From assembly GCA_033442325.1 (NCBI GenBank), contig JAWQFM010000006.1:1317124-1381123 (forward strand): a stretch of 64,000 nucleotides of DNA, read 5' to 3'. Both the position numbers and the translations under genes were made by a program. This document shows positions 12,159 to 39,068 of this stretch, in pieces. The notes below the pieces were generated by a model. The model was not told where the DNA came from. It was given only the letters and a program-made list of their open reading frames with translations, and ran no database searches. This DNA is from Salpingoeca rosetta (taxonomy: Eukaryota; Protista; Choanoflagellata). Within the stretch, counting starts at the first letter, position 1, and each line of letters starts with the position of its first letter.

Positions 12159-14101
12159 TTACGAGTCGTAGGTGCAGATGCCAACGCCCTGGATGGGCTT
12201 GCACGAGGCGTTCTGGGGGCAGCCGCCATCGTTCTCCTCTGGGTTGCAGATGAGAGCGCAGTTGGTTGGCTGGGAGGAGCCCTGGGTCTCGAGGACGCAC
12301 TCAGGCTGGGCAGTGGTGCCTGGGGGAACGTTGGTGGGGCAAGGGGAAGTGGAGCTGCAGGATGGGGAGCAGAAAGAGCCGCTGATGCCCTCAATGCGGA
12401 CGGCCTGCTCGCCAGAGTGGCAGCCACCCTGGTTGGGGTCCTCGTAGTCGTAGTTGCCGGGGGATGGTGGGGATGGAGGAGATGGAGGGGAAGGAGGAGA
12501 GGGAGGGGATGGGCCAGAGCTGGCANNNNNNNNNNNNNNNNNNNNNNNNNNNNNNNNNNNNNNNNNNNNNNNNNNNNNNNNNNNNNNNNNNNNNNNNNNN
12601 NNNNNNNNNNNNNNNNNNNNNNNNNNNNNNNNNNNNNNNNNNNNNNNNNNNNNNNNNNNNNNNNNNNNNNNNNNNNNNNNNNNNNNNNNNNNNNNNNNNN
12701 NNNNNNNNNNNNNNNNNNNNNNNNNNNNNNNNNNNNNNNNNNNNNNNNNNNNNNNNNNNNNNNNNNNNNNNNNNNTGGGGCAAGGGGAAGTGGAGCTGCA
12801 GGATGGGGAGCAGAAAGAGCCGCTGATGCCCTCTATGCGGACGGCCTTGCTCGCCAGAGTGGCAGCCACCCTGGTTGGGGTCCTCGTAGTCGTAGTTGCC
12901 GGGGGATGGTGGGGATGGAGGAGATGGAGGGGAAGGAGGAGAGGGAGGGGATGGGCCAGAGCTGGCAATGGGGTAGGATGGCTGCATGGCAATACCGCAG
13001 ATACCGGCAGAGGAGACACACGCTTCATCATGATGTAACCCTGGTCACCCAGGAGGCGCCCCAGCTGTTCTTGACAATCCAGTAGTCCGAGGTGTAGCCA
13101 ACAACGAGGACACCGTGGTCCAGGTTGGTGCCGCAGGGGCCGGAGAAGACACCGCTGCTGTACATCTGGAAGCTCTGCTGGTCGGCCTCAATGGCAACGG
13201 AGACGGGGCCCTTCTCGACGGCAGCGGCGAGCTGGTCCTCGTTGTTCTGGGGAACGTCCTTGTAGCCGGAGATGCTGACAGCGTGCTTGGACTCCTTGGA
13301 CTTGTCGCAGACACCGTCGCGGGCGGTGTAGGGGTAGTCCTGCTCAGTGTCGAGGCCGCCGTTGGAGATGATGTACTTGAAGGCGTTGTCCATCAGACCG
13401 CCGTTGCAGCCCTGGTTGCCAAAGGAGCCAGAGCAGTCGACGAGCTGCTGCTCGGAGAGGCTGACGAGGTTGCCGGTGGCAATGGCGTGGGCGCCCTCAA
13501 CGGAGCCGGTGGTGGAGAAAGACCAGCAGGAGCCGCACTGGCCCTGGTTCTTGATGGGCGTGACGGCACCCTTCTGGCGCCAGTCGACGGAGCCGGCGTT
13601 GGGGCCATCGAGCCAGACCTCCTGACGCTCGCGGCCGAGCAGCTCAGTGGGGTAAGGGCGCAGGTACAGCTGGCGGTACTCCTCGTTGGTGAGGTCGGCA
13701 AACTGGTTGACACCAACGGTGTGGGTGTGGAGGCCGCGGGCAGCCTCTGCGTTGTGGCGGGCGATGAAGGCGAGGTTGTCGGCGAAGATGGCGAAGCGGC
13801 GAGCCTCCTCCTCAGGCGACTCGTACTGCTTCTCGAAGGTGGTCTTGAACTGTGGCCACCGTAGTCAAAACACCAACACGATCATGACAAGGGTTGCGAT
13901 GCGCTTGGTGAGCATCGATCGATCAAATCAAACAGCGCAGGGCACGAGCGACAAAAGAAGTTGCAAAAGCAAAAAGCAAAAGCAAGGGCATGTGAATCGC
14001 AGCAGGTGGTAGTGTTGGGTGCGCGCGCAGCTTACGTCGTCGAAAGACATGGCGTTGGCCGCGACGGCCATGGCCAGAAGGACGGCGATCTTGAGCATCA
14101 T
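12159..14101 (-). CDS. Cathepsin L-like papain protease (copy A) with Pro linker and Cys-rich C-terminal domain; intron 14035-13850; sequence errors near the N-gap
   Basis: Signal peptide [23 protein letters not shown]-type propeptide, QCGSCW, LDHGVL, KNSWG. Apparent 1-bp indels at ~13050 and ~12847 lie next to a gap whose flanks are duplicated. Confidence 0.85.
12526..12775. other. Assembly gap (250 N) with ~190-bp duplicated flanks
   Basis: 12336-12525 is nearly identical to 12776-12968. Confidence 0.9.
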
Positions 14102-14732
14102 GATGGCGGGTTGGTGGGAGAAAGAAGGGGTGAAAGGAAAATGCCTCTTGTCTGTCGCTGCGCTCGCTCGCAGAACAACAACAAGCGCTGACTGGAGGAG
14201 AAACAAGAAGAAGAAGGTGCACAGCCACCGACAGACCACTTGTTTTGCTTTCTTCGCTTGCCTGCCTGCTTGTTGTGTGGCGTTGTTTTTGTTTTGGTTT
14301 TTTCTCCTCCACAACCGCGCTGTGTGAGACGGGCCCAGGTCGCGACAGCTGGAGTAGAACCCGCGTGTGTGGGAATCACGACAGAATACGAAATATCTTT
14401 GATACTTTTCCGTCTCCAAAGCACTTTGCGCGGAAAGTTGGAGGAGGGAACGCAGGCACAACAAACAAGACAACTTGCGGTGTCACCCACAAATTTCCCA
14501 TGGTGCTGCAACACCACGCCACCCTCCTTGTAGCTCATCGCTTTCGTTCGCTGCATCGCTGTTTTTGTTTGTGGTGCAGTGAGCGCGGTGGCGCGATCTC
14601 CAAGAAGCAAGCACAGGCAAAATTAGGCAAAACAAGCGAGTGAGCTGCGGAGATGAGTGAGCGCCACGATGCGCAAATAACCATTTTCATCTTCACACCC
14701 TCTTTTCCCCCACCAACCACAACTCATCAACC

Positions 14733-16079
14733 ATGATGCTGAAGCTGGTGCTGGTGTGCGCCCTCGTGGGTGCCGCCATGGCTGAGCCCCTCTCCCTCAC
14801 CGTCAACAAGGGTCGTCTCTTCGACGCCTTCAAGACCAAGTTCAACAAGGTCTACGAGTCCGCCGAGGAGGAGGCTCGCCGCTTCTCCGTCTTCTCCCAG
14901 AACATCGACTTCATCAACCGCCACAACGCCGAGGCTGCCCGTGGCGTGCACACCCACACCGTCGACGTCAACCAGTTTGCTGACCTCACCAACGAAGAGT
15001 ACCGCCAGCTGTACCTGCGCCCTTACCCCACTGAGCTGCTCGGCCGCGAGCGCCAGGAGGTCTGGCTCGATGGCCCCAACGCCGGCTCCGTCGACTGGCG
15101 CCAGAAGGGTGCCGTCACCCCCATCAAGAACCAGGGCCAGTGCGGCTCCTGCTGGTCTTTCTCCACCACCGGCTCCGTTGAGGGCGCCCACGCCATTGCC
15201 ACCGGCAACCTCGTCAGCCTCTCCGAGCAGCAGCTCGTCGACTGCTCTGGCTCCTTTGGCAACCAGGGCTGCAACGGCGGTCTGATGGACAACGCCTTCA
15301 AGTACATCATCTCCAACGGCGGCCTCGACACTGAGCAGGACTACCCCTACACCGCCCGCGACGGTGTCTGCGACAAGTCCAAGGAGTCCAAGCACGCTGT
15401 CAGCATCTCCGGCTACAAGGACGTTCCCCAGAACAACGAGGACCAGCTCGCCGCTGCCGTCGAGAAGGGCCCCGTCTCCGTTGCCATTGAGGCCGACCAG
15501 CAGAGCTTCCAGATGTACAGCAGCGGTGTCTTCTCCGGCCCCTGCGGCACCAACCTGGACCACGGTGTCCTCGTTGTTGGCTACACCTCGGACTACTGGA
15601 TTGTCAAGAACAGCTGGGGCGCCTCCTGGGGTGACCAGGGTTACATCATGATGAAGCGTGGTGTCTCCTCTGCCGGTATCTGCGGTATTGCCATGCAGCC
15701 ATCCTACCCCATTGCCAGCTCTGGCCCATCCCCTCCCTCCCCTCCATCTCCTCCATCCCCACCATCCCCCGGCAACTACGACTACGAGGACCCCAACCAG
15801 GGTGGCTGCCACGCCGGTGAGGAGGCTGTCCAGATCGAGGGCATCAACGGTTCCTTCTGCTCCCCCAAGTGCAAGAACGAGATCATCGTCCGCACCTGCT
15901 CCAAGAACGTTCCCCCAGGCACCACTGCCCAGCCTGAGTGCGTCCTCGAGACCCAGGGCTCCTCCCAGCCAACCAACTGCGCTCTGATCTGCGATCCCTC
16001 CGCTGAGTCTGATGGCTGCCCCCAGAACGCCTCCTGCAAGCCCATCCAGGGCACTGGCATCTGCACCTACGACTCGTAA
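14733..16079 (+). CDS. Cathepsin L-like papain protease (copy B), intronless, 448 aa, with C-terminal 10-Cys domain
   Basis: Signal peptide, I29 propeptide ([28 protein letters not shown]), catalytic Cys QCGSCW, His DHGV, Asn KNSWG, PSPP linker. Strong C/G-ending codon bias. Confidence 0.96.
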   Translation: MMLKLVLVCALVGAAMAEPLSLTVNKGRLFDAFKTKFNKVYESAEEEARRFSVFSQNIDFINRHNAEAARGVHTHTVDVNQFADLTNEEYRQLYLRPYPTELLGRERQEVWLDGPNAGSVDWRQKGAVTPIKNQGQCGSCWSFSTTGSVEGAHAIATGNLVSLSEQQLVDCSGSFGNQGCNGGLMDNAFKYIISNGGLDTEQDYPYTARDGVCDKSKESKHAVSISGYKDVPQNNEDQLAAAVEKGPVSVAIEADQQSFQMYSSGVFSGPCGTNLDHGVLVVGYTSDYWIVKNSWGASWGDQGYIMMKRGVSSAGICGIAMQPSYPIASSGPSPPSPPSPPSPPSPGNYDYEDPNQGGCHAGEEAVQIEGINGSFCSPKCKNEIIVRTCSKNVPPGTTAQPECVLETQGSSQPTNCALICDPSAESDGCPQNASCKPIQGTGICTYDS

Positions 16080-16298
16080 GCTCGTTGCAGCTTGCTTTGC
16101 GCTTGCCAATTGAACTACCCTTTTGCTCGCTTGTCTTCCCTTTTGACCAGCATTAAATTCGAAATTTGATAAGTTGACACATGCAAAGCACCAACCAATC
16201 TCGTATGAGTGAATGAAGGAGGGAGAGAGATACAGACAGCGCTGCTGGCAGGGGGTGTGGGTACAATGGGCTGATTGACTCTGGTGCGCTGGTTTTGT

Positions 16299-20592
<4,294 letters not shown>

Positions 20593-21090
20593 CGTCGCCT
20601 CCGCCACCCACACCGCCACCGCGCAACGTGCTTCTCAATTTATGCTGTCGGAATGCCGTAAGCGATCGGTCACAACTGTCACTGTCACGATCGTGTCCCA
20701 ACACACTCGCATCAGTCGCTCGTGTTTGCTGTCTCCACAACAGCGCAGCACTCTCCCGTCCACACGCCACACGGCGCACTCCACACGCGGCGAGTGCAGG
20801 TCACAAATGTTACAAATAGATGTATGAATTGAGGGATGGGATACAGTTGACATGATGGGCAGATGCGTCGAAAACAGGGCAAGGTCACAAACGAGAAAGG
20901 AGAAAGGGGGGGGGGACAGGGAGTGGAGCACACTGCTTCCAAGATAGAGAGGGGGAAAACTCCCAGAGAGGTGGGAGAAAGGAAAAAGCGAGGGAAAGAA
21001 GTGACGCATCAGCACTACATCTCATCCTAGAATCAAATCATGACAAATGAGCAACCCAACAACGTCAACAAACAGGGGCCGGCAGCCTGG

Positions 21091-30771
<9,681 letters not shown>

Positions 30772-31169
30772 GGTGTTGGTGAAAATTGGTCATGTTTTCC
30801 TTTGATTTTCATTACACGTTGAGTCCATTCGTGAGAGCGACACCACAAAGAAAGAGGAGGGGACTCAGGGAAGGGAGTGGCTGTGCTGGCTGTGCTGGCT
30901 GGTGGTGGGGTTGCTTTGGTTTGATGGAACGAAAGAACTGTGGAAGGGATGGATGCAACGAGGAGCAGCGAGACGAACGAGACGAAGAAGAGAAGGAACT
31001 GAAGGAGAAGGGCAGACGGAGAAGGCAAGGCAAGGCAAGGCAAGGCAAGGCAAGGAGGCAACAAGGAGGGGTGGCCAGATCCCGACCTGCAAGACCTGGC
31101 TGTAGGGCTGAAACGAAACAGAAAGCAGAAAGGGAAAGCAAAGGAGCAGAAGGAGACAGGTGCCTAGGT

Positions 31170-32344
31170 TTAGCAGATGTCGGGCACTTGGTGTGGGTTG
31201 CAGCGGCGAGCTTCGGCGGAACCGCGCTCGACAAACGAGGACACCACCTTGGCGTGGGCCTACACACAGAAGAAGTGAAGAATGAATGAAGGTGAGGCAC
31301 GGGATGAGATGAGCGGGATGAGGGGATGGGAGGACAGGAAAAGGAGGGGGGGGGGAGCAATGAGGGGAGTGAAGGGAAGGGGTGACATCAGATGAGCCGA
31401 GATGAAAGGTACTCAGTGGAAGAGTGGCTCAAGCAAGCAAGCAAGCAAGCAAGCCAGCAAGCACAGCAAGCAAAGCAGTGCGGCTTCTGTTACATTACCC
31501 ACCAACCCATGCACAACGAAAGCTGTGGCACACCTGACACCAAACGGAAGACAGGTGGGGAAGCAAATACCTGGACGAGCGCGACGGAGCATGGGCTTGT
31601 TCCTTGTTCTGTCACAGACACGCCGTGGGTCGTGTTTGTGACTTCCAGGCTTATCTCATCGCGGTGCTGCACGTTGGAAACGGTTTGTGTGTTAGTTAGA
31701 AGGGAAGCAGAGAGAAGCAAAGCCGCTGGGAAAGTGAGATAGCATGTGCGCTTGTGTACCCAAGTGGGGGGGGGGGAGGTGATGATGCTGGGAAACAAGA
31801 ACAACGCGATCCAACAACGACTCGTGAAAATCCAACACACACACAGACACAAAGACACACAGACACAAAGACACAGACACAGACAGACAGACAGACAGAC
31901 AGACACACACACACACACGCGCGCGCGCCTCGGCGACGCGCGGAACAAGAAGCTCTGTTCAAAAGAAGCTCGAAGAAGGAGCTGAGAAAACCTCACCTCA
32001 AAGACAGAGACAAAGAGTGGGTCGCACTGGCGGATGAAGCCGCCAGATTCAACCAGGTGCTTCATCTCGGTGACGTGCTGCTGCAGCCAGCCGGCAACCT
32101 GCGGATCCGAGGACGTTGTGTTGGCCGTGATGCCCGCGCTTGTGTGCGCGTAATGGCGAGTGATCTTGTCGTGGTTTTGCATTAGGTGCTGGATGGTGTC
32201 CATCACGCCGCCGTCCATGCCGTCCATACCGCCATTGCGGCCGCGCATCGCAGCCATCATCGCAGGCCAGGCAGACACCTCGTGCACAAAACCAAGGCTG
32301 CCCACCAGCAGCAGCATCACCACTGCACCGGACAGCAGCGTCAT
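31170..32344 (-). CDS. Small secreted protein (~177 aa) with Met/Gly-rich N-terminus and two-fold internal repeat, resembling an uncharacterised bacterial family; exons 32344-31997, 31666-31571, 31259-31170
   Basis: Signal peptide MTLLSGAVVMLLLVGSLGFVHEVSA. Two phase-0 GT-AG introns join H.KI.R...T..GI....TS.DP.VA..LQ.HV..M and H..EI......T..GV.VTE......V..VQAHA.VVS.FVE.G. Confidence 0.8.
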
Positions 32345-32446
32345 CTTCTGCAGTACTGCAAGCAAGAAGAAAGGGCACGGAAAAGTCGCAAACTGGCTTG
32401 GGGGCTGGCTTGAATCACGGGAAGGGAATGCCGTAGCTGCTGTGGA

Positions 32447-32494
<48 letters not shown>

Positions 32495-33001
32495 AGGTGC
32501 TGCGTTGACAAAAATGAAAGCAACAGCAACAGCACTGGCAGCAGAAGGTCGAATGGAACAAAGAACAAAACAGCCAAACAACTGCAGCACGCTGAAGGCT
32601 GTCACAACTCATTCATCGCGAAGCACGAAAAGACCGTTGTCGTCGCCCTATCGCCGACGTTCCTCATCATCATTGCTGTGTTCTGGTTCATCGTTTCGTT
32701 CGGACGCCCTTCATGCCGAAGAGGAGGGCAGGAAGGGTACGCAATCGACGCCACATGGAAGAGGCGAAGCTGCAGTGCTCCCAACACGACCCAGGATGCA
32801 AGGAAGCCAGGATGCAAGCAAGAAGAAGGGTGACATGAAGAATGCCTGGGCACGAACGCAGCATCCAACAACTCCGGCGTGTTCATGTTTGAAAAGGTGG
32901 CGGCGGCGCAACTGGCTTGTTTATGTTGAAACTGAATTAAGTCTTTCACAAGAAGCAGAGGAAAAGGAAGGACACACACAGACGCACACACACAGACACA
33001 G

Positions 33002-33077
<76 letters not shown>

Positions 33078-33179
33078 CCACACGCACACACACAGACCCA
33101 CAGACCCACAGACACACAGACACAGTCACACACACACACAGACACACAGACACACACACACACACACACACACACGCAC

Positions 33180-34533
33180 TCAACAGCCGCAGACGTCGCC
33201 GTTGAGTTGTCCTGAGGAAGAGGAGGAGACATCCACGCCAGCGCCAGAGGAGGGCGACTGATACAGCTCAGGCGTATCCAGCACCTAAGAAGAGCACCAG
33301 GACACGACCACGTGAGAACACGTGTGCGTGCGTACATGTGTGTGTGTGTGTGTCTGTGTTTTTGTTGTGTGTATGTGCATCTGTTGTGTGTGCACCCGTG
33401 TGCCACTCGCAAGCATTGGAAGAAACAAAAGAAACGCACCTGTTGTGCCAACTCCTCAAATGCCTGCTGCACACCGACTTTCGTCTTGGCGCTGCACAAG
33501 TGTGACACACAGATCAGCCAAACAGGTCAGTGAATGAAAAAGAAGATAAGCTCAGCCAACAGGTGCAACACCAAGGAAGCAAGCACCAAAAAGAGAAGCG
33601 ACAAGCATTTCGCATCATACGACGTATGGAGCAGCAGCAACAGCAGCAGCAGTAGCAGCAGCAACAGCAGCAGCAACAGCAGCAGCGATCGAAGTAGCAG
33701 CAAAAGGAACCCAGCAACGGCAGTAAGACAACGTAACACCGACCTGCACTCGATGAAAAGCATGTTCTTCTCGCGCGCCAGCGCCCTGCCTTCATCCGTC
33801 GACACCTGCCTTGGCTGGTTTGACAACGACAAAACCAACAAACAAAACGCCAGTCACGCACAGACACGCCGTAAGTTTCATGTACACACGCACGCACAGA
33901 GCGAGTATGCACGCTGACGAAACATTTGGCAGCACACACACACACACACACACTCGCTCTCTCTATCTCTTGCTCCATCTCGGCAAGAACATCACGTGTA
34001 CGTCAATCAACCAACTATCACAAAACGACACATACACACATACAACCGACACACATACAAGATACACACACAACACACATACAAAGATACAAACACAACA
34101 CACAGATACGCATACACAGCATGCGCACCTCATCAATCTTGTTTGCCACGAGCATCTTGACAACGTTGTCGTCGCAGTACACGTTGGCCTCGTTGAGCCA
34201 TGGGATGATGTGTTCGAAGGTGGCGCGCCGAGTTACATCATACACTGCAGTCGTTGGGCAAGGAAACCCATGCACAACACAAAGCACGACGTGAGTATTC
34301 GATCGTATCCGCAGCATGACCAGCATGCGCCGCTGGATAAATGGCACCGAGAGAGTACGTGCATGGGCTCTTGTCTGTGCGCATGCCTGTGACCAACGAG
34401 ACAGATAGACAGACAGACGGACAGACAGAGGGGGAAGGGGAGGCGAATAACATAAACAACACACGCACAACAAACAACACAGCACAGACAGACACAGACA
34501 GACAGACAGACAGCCAGACGGACAGAATCACGC

Positions 34534-34566
<33 letters not shown>

Positions 34567-35363
34567 ATCACGCACAGACAGACAGACGTACGACTACACA
34601 TACAACACCATCATTACCGAGGATGACGCCGTGTGCGCCACGATAATAGCTGGCCGTCAGGGTCTTGAAGCGATCCTGTCCTGCCGTGTCCCACACCGTC
34701 AGCTTCACCTGCACACAAGCATGTTGAGTGGTGTTGAGTGGTGTGGCCTTGGTGCGAGGGCAGGCCATCAGCCCACAAGGCATACAGGCAGGCAGGCGGA
34801 CAGGCGGATAGACAGGAGGCAGATACAAACACGCACAGACGCACAGACGCACAGACACACACACACACCTGTTGACCGTTCAATGTCAGCATCTTGTTCT
34901 TGAAGTCAACACCTACAGGAAACGACACACAGGCATGTGGTCCATTTGTGGGTGATAACAACACACACACAATTTGCCCTCACATCTTCACAGGCACGCA
35001 GTTGAAGCAATCAACAAGCACACACCATCATGACATCGCATTGTGCGTACCGATGGTTGGGCCCATGTGTTCATCAAAGGTGTCATCTGTGAAGCGCATC
35101 AACAAGCTGATCCCCGAGCCACACAACAAACATGAAACCGTAAGTACAACATACATACACACACACAAGCACATACACACACACACAAGCACGCACACGC
35201 ACACGCACACACAAGCACACACACACACACACAAGCACTCAAACCCAACAAAACACCAATGATAGGCGGTACATCGCAACATGATCGTATCCACACACCA
35301 GGATTTGCCGCAGTTGCTGTCCCCAATAATGAGGATCTTCAGCTCCGCATCCACATCCCCCAT
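33180..35363 (-). CDS. RAB18: Rab18 small GTPase, multi-exon
   Basis: [96 protein letters not shown]-terminal CGC prenylation motif. Confidence 0.93.
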
Positions 35364-35708
35364 GTTGCCTTTTCTTTGTTGTCGTTTTGGCTGCACAGTC
35401 CTTCCTGCAACTTAAGTACAGTGTATGTGAATGGACCACTGCAACGCTGTCAGCTGTGTCTCCTTTATCTGTCTCTTATCTGATCTCCTTGCTGATGATG
35501 TGTCTGACTCCAGCTCGCCTGCCTGTCTTGCTGTCTTGCTGTGTTGGCTGTTTGGGTGGGTCTTTTTTTCTTGCCGATCAAAAAGTGCAATTCTGACGAA
35601 CCTCCAGAAACTTCCACACAAGCCCACATTCACACTCAAGCCCATACGACCACACATTCACACTCACCAGATCGCATCGCACACACCATCCATCCACGCC
35701 AACCAACC

Positions 35709-36140
35709 ATGCCGAAGCAAGCACCTGTCCTGTGGGCGCAGCGGGAAGACTGCGTGTACCTCACGGTGGAGGTACCCGATATCAAGGACCCAACAGTCGA
35801 GCTGAAGGGCCACACATTCTCCCTCAAGTGCGTGCCGCAAGCGACACACTGCTTGGGTTCAGTGGGAGTGACATGAGAGGTTTTTCTCATCATGCCTTCC
35901 TGTGCTTGTTTGCTTGTTTGCTTTTGTTGCGTGCATGCTTTGCTTTCTTGTCTGCACCGAAGTCTGTTGCGTGTTCCAAGTTCCCCCCCCCCCTTTGCTT
36001 GAACTCACATACCACCGCTGCAGGGGCAAGGGAGGCCCGAACCAGGAGGACTACGCTGTCACCATCGACCTTTACGGCGAGATTGACCCCGAGGTGCGTG
36101 CACACGTGTGTGTGTGTGTGTGTGTGCGTGTGTGTGTGTG

Positions 36141-36208
<68 letters not shown>

Positions 36209-36727
36209 TGCACCAATCAAGATCAATACTGGAACCTGAGATGCTGTTGCGCGGGTGTTGTTCGATTTTGCTTGTTGTTCCACATGTCCTTTGTTTCCAT
36301 TCACACGCGCACGCACGCGCACGCACGCACACACCGAACTCAACAACTGCATGGCGTGTCGGATAATTTATGCCAATGCAGAAGAGCAAGCAGCGTGTTA
36401 CTGGCCGCCACGTGTTCTTTGACCTGAAGAAGAAGGAGCCTGGTCCCTACTGGCCCCAGCTCACCAAGGAGAAAGTCAAGGTGCGTTCACGCGCGCGCGC
36501 GTGTGTGGATGTGGATGTGTGTGTGGATATACAGGGTGGACATGTGTTTGTGAGGCCGACTTAGGCGACACCTATGGACCGCGCATCATGTGCTTTGCTC
36601 ACGTGTTGCATGTGTTTTGGATATGCGCTTGCAGCTGCCTTGGCTCAAGGTGGACTTTGACAAGTGGAAGGATGAGGATGAGAGCGACGACGAGGAGCAG
36701 GCAGACCCCATGGGCGGCATGGGTGGA

Positions 36728-36759
<32 letters not shown>

Positions 36760-37405
36760 AGACATGGGCGACATGAGCGCTGTACGTTCAAAATACGAGG
36801 GTCCTGTCGTGCGTGTTTGTGGTTGAGGGGGGAGTGAGCGTGGACACATGCTTCGCGAAGCATGTGCTTGCTGCTGCTTCTGCTGCCTTGTGTATTTGTG
36901 CAAATGGCAACGAGTACGTCATCATGGCTGCCCACAACCCTGGTTTTGCCACCCGCGAGGTTCCTTCCACTCACCCAAGGCATGTGTGCATGTGTGGGCC
37001 CTGCGGTGTCGGGTGTGCAGCTGATGCAGCAGCTGAATGCGGGCGGCATGGACCTGAGCCAGATGGCGGGCCCTCCCGGTGGCGCCAACACCGCCGCCGA
37101 CGACGAGGACGACAGCGATGACGACGGTGCGTGCGCTGCTCGCTGCTGGTTACTTGCTGCTCGTACCTGGACTGGTTGTTTGCTGGTTGCCCGTTGTTGG
37201 TTGCGGCAATTGTCACCATTGGAAGTTGGGAGGGGGGAGGAGGGGAGGGGACACACGCGCACACACACACACAGACATAGAGACACACACAGACACAGAC
37301 ATAGAGACACAGGTACACACACACACACACAGACACACACAGACACACACACACAGACACACACACACACACACAGGCACAGACACACACACACACACAC
37401 AGACA

Positions 37406-37455
<50 letters not shown>

Positions 37456-37570
37456 CACACACAGACACACTTCTGCTCACCCCAAGCATTGCGTTCGGCC
37501 GACCTTACTCCGTCCATCACCAGACATCCCTGGGCTCGAGGACGAAGAGGCAGAGGGCAAGAACGAATGA
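35709..37570 (+). CDS. Hsp90 co-chaperone p23 (PTGES3/Sba1), 6 exons
   Basis: [38 protein letters not shown] repeats, acidic tail DIPGLE. Confidence 0.93.
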
Positions 37571-38008
37571 GCAGTGCACTGTGTGACTTGATGCGCCGTG
37601 AAACTGATGAACGGATGAACTGATGAACTGATGCCATGTCACATTACCAAACCCATCCACCCATCCATTTGACTGCCATACCATCATCCTTTCGGCTGTG
37701 GTTGTGCTCAACCTCACGCCATCTCGCTCTGTCTCTCTCTCGCTCTGTCTCTCTCTCGCTCTGTCTCTCTCTCCCTCTGTCTCTCTGTCTCTCTCTCTTT
37801 GACATCACCACTCTTCCGCTAACGCTGTGAGACAATGTGACTGCGTGCACCCGTGCTCGTGCTCGTGCTCGTGCTCGTGTGTGCATGTGTCACAACCTCT
37901 GCATACGTAGTAAACACTCCGATCTGTGCCGCAGCGGAATGAGCAAGCGAGTCAGAAAGTGAGGCCTCATTTGTGTAGAGATGTGCATGTGTGCTTGTTT
38001 GTGTTGTG

Positions 38009-38074
<66 letters not shown>

Positions 38075-38367
38075 ATGTGCATGTGTGCTTGTTTGTGTTG
38101 TGTTGTGTGTGTGTGTGTGTGTGGTTGCACAAATGACTGTGCCGATGCTGTGGGGTCGATGAGGGTTCATTTTCATGGAAGCGAGATGAAAAGAAAGAGA
38201 AGCAAGTGTCGGTGGGAGAAGAAGAACAACAACAAGAAGAAGAAATGTCGACAATTGGCGATGACACAACATCACGTCATGCTGCTCCAAAAATGCGTGC
38301 ACGAGTGTGCACGTGCGCGCGTGTGCACGTGCGCGCGTGTGTGTGGGTTATGTGCACCAGCGATAGT

Positions 38368-38982
38368 TCAGGAGAGGGCGGCGAGGCGTTGCTCGAGCGA
38401 GGCCATGTTGTCACGGATGGTCGTTGTGTTCTCCTTGAGCGATTTCTCAAGCTGCACACAAAGGCGCAAGGACGAAGTGAGAACGAGGCATGGCGAACAA
38501 CAACAATTGTTGGTGTGTGCGTGTGAGTGTGTGCGTGTGTGTGTAAGTGTACTCACACGCTCACACACGTGTTCTCACAGACACACGTGTTCTCACAGAC
38601 ACAAACACAAACACAGATACACACAAGCACGCGCACCACCACCTCCTTCTTCCTGCCCTCAAGCAGCACAGCGCATGCAAACGCACCGTGGAGAGCGTGA
38701 CGCCCTGCATGGCGAGCTGGTCCTTGATGTTGGTCTGCACCTGGTCCATGTGCGTAAGGGTGGCGCTAAAGTCTGCTGCTTGCTCGTGAAGACTCTGCAG
38801 GTCGCGAAGCCGGCCCACAATCGCCGGCAGCGCACCGGACACGCCGCTCCACTGCTGCGTCAGGGCATACAACTCCTCAATCTGCACAGCGGCGTGGAAA
38901 GCGACAGTGAAGGCGATGATGTTGGTCACGTCATGTAGACTCTGAGCGTGTAAATACACACACACACACACAAACACACACA

Positions 38983-39068
<86 letters not shown>

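Noticed and set aside
12336-13055. Tandem duplication of the cathepsin C-terminal domain, or pseudogenisation of copy A by frameshifts
   Set aside because: The duplicated segments flank an N-gap exactly and the indels lie near the contig end. An unmerged read overlap with low-quality bases is more likely.
14727-16109. 460-aa antisense ORF over cathepsin B-copy (and 13115-13864 over copy A)
   Set aside because: Shadow ORFs expected from strong C/G-ending codon bias; no protein-like features.
34660-34700. Rab18 switch [10 protein letters not shown] (D for E) as a functional oddity
   Set aside because: Conservative change; catalytic Gln and other G motifs are intact.
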